64,000 nt of DNA from positions 416,001-480,000 of the forward strand of contig CAVUKB010000001.1 of assembly GCA_963741955.1 (NCBI GenBank), given 5' to 3'. Position 1 is the first letter of the stretch. Every line of letters begins with the position of its first letter. The position numbers and the translations under genes were made by a program. Below are positions 54,072-64,000 of this stretch, piece by piece. Source of the stretch: an uncultured Acidobacteriota bacterium. GTDB lineage: Bacteria; Acidobacteriota; Thermoanaerobaculia; Gp7-AA8. The notes beneath the pieces were generated by a model. The model ran no database searches and was not told where the DNA came from. It was given only the letters and a program-made list of their open reading frames with translations.

Positions 54072-55663
54072 TGACTTCGCTTCCGAGAACACTCGGGCAA
54101 CTGCGCGAGACCGGTTACCGCCATCGCTCCGTCAAGGACGAGATGCGCCAGAACCTCATCGAAGCGCTTCGCAGCGGCAAAGAAACCTTCCCCGGCATCC
54201 TCGGTTACGCGCGCACCGTGATCCCCGCGATCCACAACGCCGTGCTCGCGCGCCATGACATGATCCTGCTCGGGCTTCGCGGCCAGGCGAAGACCAGGAT
54301 CCTCCGTTCGCTGGTGAATTTCCTGGACGAGCGAATCCCGATCGTGCACGGCTGCGAGATCAACGACGCTCCTCTCGCTCCGACCTGCAAGCGATGTCGT
54401 GTCCTCGCCGCAGAGAGTGGGGACGAGCTTCCGATCGACTGGATCACCCGCGAGGAGCGTTACCGCGAGAAGCTGGCGACTCCCGACGTGACCGTCGCGG
54501 ACCTGATCGGCGACATCGATCCGATCAAGGCGGCGAACCAGCGGCTGACCTACTCCGACGAACAGGTCATCCATTACGGAATCGTCCCCCGCACCAACCG
54601 CGGCGTCTTCGCCATCAACGAGATCCCCGACCTCGCACCGCGCATTCAGGTGGCGCTGCTGAACATCCTCGAAGAGCGCGATCTGCAGATCCGCGGCTTT
54701 CCGGTCCGCATTCCGCTCGACGTGGTCCTCGTCTTCAGCGCGAATCCGGAGGACTACACGAATCGCGGGAGCATCATCACCCCGCTGAAGGACAGAATCG
54801 ATTCGCAGATCCTCACTCACTATCCGACGAACATCGAAACCGCGATGGCGATCACCCGCCAGGAGGCGTGGATCGAACGCGACGATGTGAAGTCGAAGAT
54901 CGAGATTCCCGAATACATCCGTGAGCTGATCGAACAGATCGCGTTCGCCGCACGCGGCTCGGAGCTGGTCGATCAATCGTCCGGCGTCTCTGCGCGCATG
55001 CCGATCTCCGCTCTCGAGATTCTCCGGTCCAACCTCGAGCGGCGCGCAATCCGCACCGGGGACGAGCTGGTCTTTCCGCGCCTGTCAGACCTCGCAATGG
55101 TTCTCCCCGCAGTCACCGGAAAAGTCGAAATGGTGTACGAGGGAGAGCAGCAGGGGGCGGAGGTGGTCGGCGCGAAGCTGATCGGTGAGTCGGTCATGCA
55201 GCTTTTCTCGCGGAAGTTCCCGCCGATCGAACGGGCCGGGCGCGCCGCGACGGAACGGGAGCGGTCGAAACGTTCGTACGGCGAGATCGACCACGACGAC
55301 TTCACCGAAGCCGCAAGGGGACGGGAGGAGAAGAGAAGATCCAATCCCGCTCCGGACGCGAAGACGGTGGAGGGCACGCTCCCGTACGACGAGATCGTCG
55401 CCTGGTTCATGGAAGGGAACCGGATCACTCTTTCTGACGAGCAACCATTCGCGGAGTATTTCGCGGAACTGCAACGCGTTCCGCAGCTCGCCGATTCGGC
55501 CCGCCGCCATTTCAATCCTTCTCACGATGCGGAGCTCGCGTTTGCCATGGAGCTGATTCTGGAGGCGCTGCACCAGTCACTCCGGCTCGGGCGAGAGAAT
55601 CTCGATTCGACCATCACCTTCTCCGAGCTGATGAAATTCAACATCCTGCGGACGGTGAAATGA
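54071..55663 (+). CDS. Magnesium-chelatase-like AAA+ ATPase (VWA-associated)
   Basis: GLRGQAKT Walker A variant, EKLATPD, NRGVFAINE, ANPEDYTNRG, PLKDR, SGVSAR. Confidence 0.85.
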   Translation: MTSLPRTLGQLRETGYRHRSVKDEMRQNLIEALRSGKETFPGILGYARTVIPAIHNAVLARHDMILLGLRGQAKTRILRSLVNFLDERIPIVHGCEINDAPLAPTCKRCRVLAAESGDELPIDWITREERYREKLATPDVTVADLIGDIDPIKAANQRLTYSDEQVIHYGIVPRTNRGVFAINEIPDLAPRIQVALLNILEERDLQIRGFPVRIPLDVVLVFSANPEDYTNRGSIITPLKDRIDSQILTHYPTNIETAMAITRQEAWIERDDVKSKIEIPEYIRELIEQIAFAARGSELVDQSSGVSARMPISALEILRSNLERRAIRTGDELVFPRLSDLAMVLPAVTGKVEMVYEGEQQGAEVVGAKLIGESVMQLFSRKFPPIERAGRAATERERSKRSYGEIDHDDFTEAARGREEKRRSNPAPDAKTVEGTLPYDEIVAWFMEGNRITLSDEQPFAEYFAELQRVPQLADSARRHFNPSHDAELAFAMELILEALHQSLRLGRENLDSTITFSELMKFNILRTVK

Positions 55664-56082
55664 TGACCAGGATCACACTCGACCTCTCTGCGGAGACCCT
55701 CCGGCGTCTCGACCGGATCGTGAAGGACGGCTGGTACGCCGATCGCGACTCGCTGGTCACCGAAGCGCTCGAGCAGTTCGTGGAATCGAGATCGTTTCTC
55801 GGCGACTCTCCGCGCCTGCTCCATCACTTCGCCGCCGACGCGCTCAACGAATCCAAGCCCGAGATCGCACTGAAGTTCGTGGCCAGAGCGCTCTCCCTGA
55901 TGAACACCCACGATCCGATCGACCTGAACCTCTATCAGCAACTGGTCGAACTGCGGGTCCAGATTCTGCTGATTCTCGGCCTCAACAGTGAAGCGCTCGA
56001 ATCGCTGAAGGAAGCGCGGGAGCGTCTCCCCAACAACCCGAATGTCCTCCGCTGGATGAATCGGGTCCAGGCGCTCGTCTGA
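55660..56082 (+). CDS. Ribbon-helix-helix domain protein with C-terminal TPR-like helices
   Basis: RITLDLSAETLRRLDRIVKDGWYADRDSLVTEAL CopG/ParD-like RHH; ATGA coupling to the ATPase. Confidence 0.68.
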   Translation: MMTRITLDLSAETLRRLDRIVKDGWYADRDSLVTEALEQFVESRSFLGDSPRLLHHFAADALNESKPEIALKFVARALSLMNTHDPIDLNLYQQLVELRVQILLILGLNSEALESLKEARERLPNNPNVLRWMNRVQALV

Positions 56083-56095
56083 TCCGGAGCCCGCG

Positions 56096-57190
56096 ATGCG
56101 ATTCCGCTACAGTTGGCTCGACCCTTCACTCGTGCAGCAGCTTCTCGCCGAGATGGGTCTGCGCCGCCTCTTCAACCACCTCCTGCTGCAGACCGGCGGC
56201 GACGTCGAAGAAGCGATGGAGTGGATGCGCATGCTCCAGGAGCGTGGCTATATCGACTCCGACGTCGATCTCGACCAGTTCTTCGCCCGGCTGATGGACG
56301 AACGGATGATCGGTCGGGATGGAGAAGGGAATCTCGTGATGGCACCGGGCGGAGAACGGGAGATCCGTCGCGACGCGCTCGAGGAGATCTTCGGCGGTCT
56401 GAAGAAAGCCGCCCCCGGGTACCATGCCGTAGCTCAGGCGGGGGAGGGGAGCGAGCAGCTCACCGAAAACCGGCCCTACCGCTTCGGCGACGATCCGATG
56501 TCGATCGACGGAGTCCGCACGCTCCAGAACGCGATGAAGCACCACGCTCCGGCCGACGAGATCACCATCGACGAAGCGGACTTCGAGGTGTTCGAGACGG
56601 AGCACAACACCAGCTGCGCAACCGTGGTGATGATCGACATCTCCCACTCCATGATCCTGTACGGCGAGGACCGGATCACTCCGGCGAAGAAGGTCGCTCT
56701 CGCGCTGACCGAATTGATCATGACCCGGTATCCGAAAGACGCGATCGACGTTCTGGTCTTCGGCGACGACGCCGAACGGATCCCCGTCTCCGAGATCCCC
56801 TACGTCCAGGTGGGGCCGTACCACACCAACACCAAAGCCGGGCTGGAGCTCGCACAGAACATCCTCCGGCACAGGAAACACGCGAACAAGCAGATCTTCA
56901 TGATCACCGATGGGAAGCCTTCCGCGCTGCGTGAAGGCGGGCGGCTCTACACCAATTCGTTCGGTCTCGACATGCGGATCGTCAACCGGACTCTCGAAGA
57001 AGCGGAGCGGTGCAGGCGTGCGAAGATCCCCATCACGACGTTCATGCTCGCGACCGATCCGACTCTGGTGAATTTCGTCGATCAGCTCTCACGGACCAAT
57101 CGCGGCCGGGCCTACTACTCTTCGCCGGACCGGCTCGGAGAGTACATCCTGGCCGACTACATCCGGAACCGTCGCAAGTTCGTCCACTGA
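56096..57190 (+). CDS. VWA-domain protein
   Basis: MIDAS DISHS, YHTNT, MITDGKP. Confidence 0.88.
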   Translation: MRFRYSWLDPSLVQQLLAEMGLRRLFNHLLLQTGGDVEEAMEWMRMLQERGYIDSDVDLDQFFARLMDERMIGRDGEGNLVMAPGGEREIRRDALEEIFGGLKKAAPGYHAVAQAGEGSEQLTENRPYRFGDDPMSIDGVRTLQNAMKHHAPADEITIDEADFEVFETEHNTSCATVVMIDISHSMILYGEDRITPAKKVALALTELIMTRYPKDAIDVLVFGDDAERIPVSEIPYVQVGPYHTNTKAGLELAQNILRHRKHANKQIFMITDGKPSALREGGRLYTNSFGLDMRIVNRTLEEAERCRRAKIPITTFMLATDPTLVNFVDQLSRTNRGRAYYSSPDRLGEYILADYIRNRRKFVH

Positions 57191-57298
57191 CATCCGGCCG
57201 TCGCATCGCGGCATTCGTGTTCATGCCGGCGGGCGTGCGGCGGAAGCCGTTCCGGCCCCCGATGGCGACAACCCTTCCGCGATCGGCTGCTCGGACGC

Positions 57299-58486
57299 TC
57301 AGTCGGCGCCGGAGACGAAGCTCGGCGCGATCTCGCTGTCGAAGAGGTAACACGCGGGATCGGCTTCCCAGAAATCCCCGCACTCCGCTTCGGCTCGTGG
57401 ACGGAAGTTCCCGTTACAGAGATCCACCCACAGACACGTCGCACAGCGTCCCTTCAGGTACTTCCTCCGGTCGCGCATGGCGAGGATCAGTCCGTCCTGC
57501 GTGTGCCTCCAGACGTCCGAGAAGCGACGGTCGCGGATCGAGCCGATGGTGTGGTACTGCATGAACTGATCGGGGTGGACGTTACCGAAGCTGTCGACCG
57601 ACGCCGCCTGGAGCCCGGAGCGGTTGCCGGCGCCCCGTTTGAGCTGCTCGAGAGCATCGGCTGCGCGGGCCGGATCCTTCTGCAGCAGCTTGAGGTAGAC
57701 GTATGGCCCGTCGGCGAGATTGTCCTCGGTGACCACTTCGATCGGACGGCCATCGCGGATCCATTGCTCCACCTGGTCGATGATCGAGTCCATTACGAAC
57801 CGGCGCTCGGACATGTTGAGGTCCATCGCGCTCGTCGCGGGACCGTGACCCGAATAGACGAGATGACTGATCGCGAGATACGAGACTCCCTCCCGTTCGA
57901 TCAGTTGAAGGATCTCGCCGAGGTCGTCCGCACTCGATGCGGTGAGGGTGAAACGGACCCCGACCGGGACTCCGGCGTCGCGACAGTTCCGGATTCCCTG
58001 CACTGCTTCGCGGTACGCTCCCTTCCGGTCGCGCAACCCGTCGTGAGTCTTCTCGGATCCGTCTATGCTGATCCCGACCCGCTGGACGCCGGCGCGCGCG
58101 AGCTCTCTCGCGATCTTTCCGCTGAGGAGCGTTCCGTTGGTCGAGAGGGTGACCCGAAGCCCCTGCGAAGTCGCATACTCGATGATGGAGAGCATGTCCG
58201 GCCGGATCAGCGGCTCGCCGCCCGAGATGATCAGCGACGGAGTGTGAAAGGCGACGAGGTCGTCGACCATCGCCATCGCTTCTTCGGTGGTCAGTTCACC
58301 CGGGAAATGGCGCCTTTCGGAGAGGGAGCGGCAGACGATGCAGTCCAGATTGCAGGTCCGCGTGGAGTTCCACACCACCACCGGAGGTCCGGTGCGTACC
58401 GAATCGTCACCATATGTATCGGCCGGTTCGAGCAGCAGATCTCCGAAACGGGTCGAACCTCCAAGAAGCTTCGTGATGCTGATCAT
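57299..58486 (-). CDS. Radical SAM/SPASM protein, AhbC/NirJ1-like
   Basis: MISITKLL N-terminus, PVVVWNSTRTCNLDCIVC, SGGEPL, GNVHPDQF, CATC...CNGNFRPRA...DPACY. Confidence 0.8.
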   Translation of the reverse strand: MISITKLLGGSTRFGDLLLEPADTYGDDSVRTGPPVVVWNSTRTCNLDCIVCRSLSERRHFPGELTTEEAMAMVDDLVAFHTPSLIISGGEPLIRPDMLSIIEYATSQGLRVTLSTNGTLLSGKIARELARAGVQRVGISIDGSEKTHDGLRDRKGAYREAVQGIRNCRDAGVPVGVRFTLTASSADDLGEILQLIEREGVSYLAISHLVYSGHGPATSAMDLNMSERRFVMDSIIDQVEQWIRDGRPIEVVTEDNLADGPYVYLKLLQKDPARAADALEQLKRGAGNRSGLQAASVDSFGNVHPDQFMQYHTIGSIRDRRFSDVWRHTQDGLILAMRDRRKYLKGRCATCLWVDLCNGNFRPRAEAECGDFWEADPACYLFDSEIAPSFVSGAD

Positions 58487-58686
58487 GTCGCACCCCTTCG
58501 TCCTGCCGGCGCACCAGGCGCGCAGCGTTCGCGCTCTTCCACTTCCTTCGAACTGATCGTCGCACCCCCCCTGAGGAGCGTCGGTGATACGAGGCACATC
58601 GGGGGGTGACCGCAGCTACAGTGCGGGCTTCCCCGCTCTTTTGGACAGATCGGAATCGGACCGCACCGGTCGAGGTTGATTCGAGG

Positions 58687-62484
<3,798 letters not shown>

Positions 62485-62600
62485 ATCGATGGGGCGACGC
62501 ACTGCTCGTCGGCGGTGTGGGCGTCCGTTACGGTTCCGTGGCGGCTCTCCGGAATAGCGAATTCCGGCCCCTCGTTTGACCGATTCGTACCGGAGGACTC

Positions 62601-63458
62601 GTGAAACGAATTGCTGCCGTACTGCTGATGGGGATCGCCTTCGCACCGCAACTCTTTGCCGGTGACCGCTGGCTGACCTCCCTCGACCAGGCGGAAAAGA
62701 TCGCCAGAGCGAAGAACCAGCTGATCTTCGTCGATCTTTTCGCCGAGTGGTGCGGATGGTGCCACCGAATGGAGAGCGACGTCTTCCCGACTGCGGAGTT
62801 CCAGAAAGCCACCAGCAACATGGTTCTGCTGCGGCTCGACACGGAGGACCGGAAAGAGGGGACGCAGTTCGCCAGGACTTACGAGATCACGCAACTCCCG
62901 ACGTTCCTCGTCCTCGAGCCGGATCTGTCGCTCGCCGGAACGATCCGCGGTTACGCTCCGGCTCCCCAGTTCGTCTACCAGATGAAGCTGGTGATCGCGG
63001 AAAATGCACAGTATCGAAAACTGGTGGGCGACGAGGCCGCGATCGCGAACGACTATTCGAAACGACTGACCCTGATCGAAGAGATGATCGACAGGCGCAG
63101 CTTCGCCGATGCGGACAAGCGCGTGAAAAAACTGATCAGCGAGAAGGCGACGCCGGCGGAGATCCGAAGCGAAGCGTACTACCAGCTCGCGTTTCTGCAG
63201 GTCAAGCAGAGGAAATTCGACGATGCAGTCTCGACGATCCACGACTGCACGACGAGGAAACATGGAGATGCGGTCGAGCGGTGTTATCTGCTCCTCGGGC
63301 AGATCGACCTCTCGCAGGGGAAACTGAAGGATGCGCTCGACGAGTTCGTGCGCTTCAAGGTCCGTTTCCCCGACTCCCCACACGTTCGTGAGATCGATTC
63401 ATTTCTGCCACAGCTCGAGACTGCGGTCGCCAACGCCGCTGCAGCACAGGGGCAGTAA
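62601..63458 (+). CDS. Periplasmic thioredoxin-fold protein with C-terminal TPR
   Basis: Signal peptide, WCGWC, LPTF, TPR-like helices ending FPDSP. Confidence 0.85.
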   Translation: MKRIAAVLLMGIAFAPQLFAGDRWLTSLDQAEKIARAKNQLIFVDLFAEWCGWCHRMESDVFPTAEFQKATSNMVLLRLDTEDRKEGTQFARTYEITQLPTFLVLEPDLSLAGTIRGYAPAPQFVYQMKLVIAENAQYRKLVGDEAAIANDYSKRLTLIEEMIDRRSFADADKRVKKLISEKATPAEIRSEAYYQLAFLQVKQRKFDDAVSTIHDCTTRKHGDAVERCYLLLGQIDLSQGKLKDALDEFVRFKVRFPDSPHVREIDSFLPQLETAVANAAAAQGQ

Positions 63459-63495
63459 TCCTCAGGGATACCACTACGGAGTCAGGACCGGTGAA

Positions 63496-64000
63496 GTGAA
63501 GGCGCATACGACGTTTCTCTCGATTCTCGCAGCTCTCACCCTCTCGATCGTTCCCGCGCAGGCGCAGATCTCTTTCTCGCTGCCGGGCGCGGATTCCACG
63601 GCCTCGCAGCACGTCCGGGTGGAGGCACACATCACCTCCGCGGAAGGCGACCACCTGAAGGGCGTGGCCAACGTCGAGATCGAAAAGGGATGGCACATCA
63701 ACTCGGCCCATCCTCTCGACGACTATTCGATCCCGACCACCCTCGAGCTCGACTCGAAGCTGGCGCGACTGGTGAAGGCCGACTACCCGCCCCACGTGGT
63801 ACGGGAGTTCTCGTTTGCCAACGGAAAACTCGCGGTTTACGAAGGAAGGTTCGCGATTCCGTTCGAGCTCGAGCGGACAGCCCCCGGTGCGGGGACGTTG
63901 AAGTTCGGCGTCCACTACCAGTCGTGCAACGACAACGTCTGCCTTCCTCCGAAAACCGCGACCACGGATCTGCAGATCCCGGCCGGTCCCGTGACGGCGG
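63496..64000 (+). CDS. DsbD N-terminal-domain protein (protein-disulfide reductase), truncated by window end
   Basis: Not in the ORF track. GTG start, signal peptide, GWHINS, AVYEG, YQSCNDNVCLPP. Confidence 0.85.
   Translation, partial: MKAHTTFLSILAALTLSIVPAQAQISFSLPGADSTASQHVRVEAHITSAEGDHLKGVANVEIEKGWHINSAHPLDDYSIPTTLELDSKLARLVKADYPPHVVREFSFANGKLAVYEGRFAIPFELERTAPGAGTLKFGVHYQSCNDNVCLPPKTATTDLQIPAGPVTA

Noticed and set aside
55660-56082. Type II antitoxin of a toxin-antitoxin pair
   Set aside because: It has an RHH domain but no adjacent toxin-like ORF; neighbours are the AAA+ and VWA genes

Overview
High-GC, gene-dense bacterial chromosome segment. It is Gram-negative (lpxC, Omp85, OmpA, TonB domains), and the gene content suggests Acidobacteriota, possibly Thermoanaerobaculia (inference only). 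Housekeeping genes: dprA, mltG, ruvX, pilT, tdk, mutL, yraN, tRNA-Gly(GCC), ntrY/ntrX-like, lpxC, smpB, accD, folC, glyA, rnr, pth, serS. There is one IS1634-family element. The most striking accessory feature is a ~15 kb locus (33.1-48.4 kb). In it a type IV pilin/pseudopilin gene with a sigma54-type promoter lies between two paralogous membrane-anchored M20 metallohydrolases, surrounded by three YfhO-like and one other GT-C membrane glycosyltransferase plus two polyprenol-phosphate GT2 enzymes; this is a candidate pilin glyco-tailoring system. Other notable items: a pseudokinase-TM-TonB fusion, a peptidase/beta-propeller/Omp85 operon, an eRF1-like protein without GGQ, a 4-copy palindromic repeat array with compensatory changes, five sigma54-like promoters (one before lpxC), a tandem Shine-Dalgarno/start-stop element before smpB, and a possible RNA switch before an orphan AhbC-like radical SAM gene. 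All calls come from reading motifs by eye; no database searches were run.
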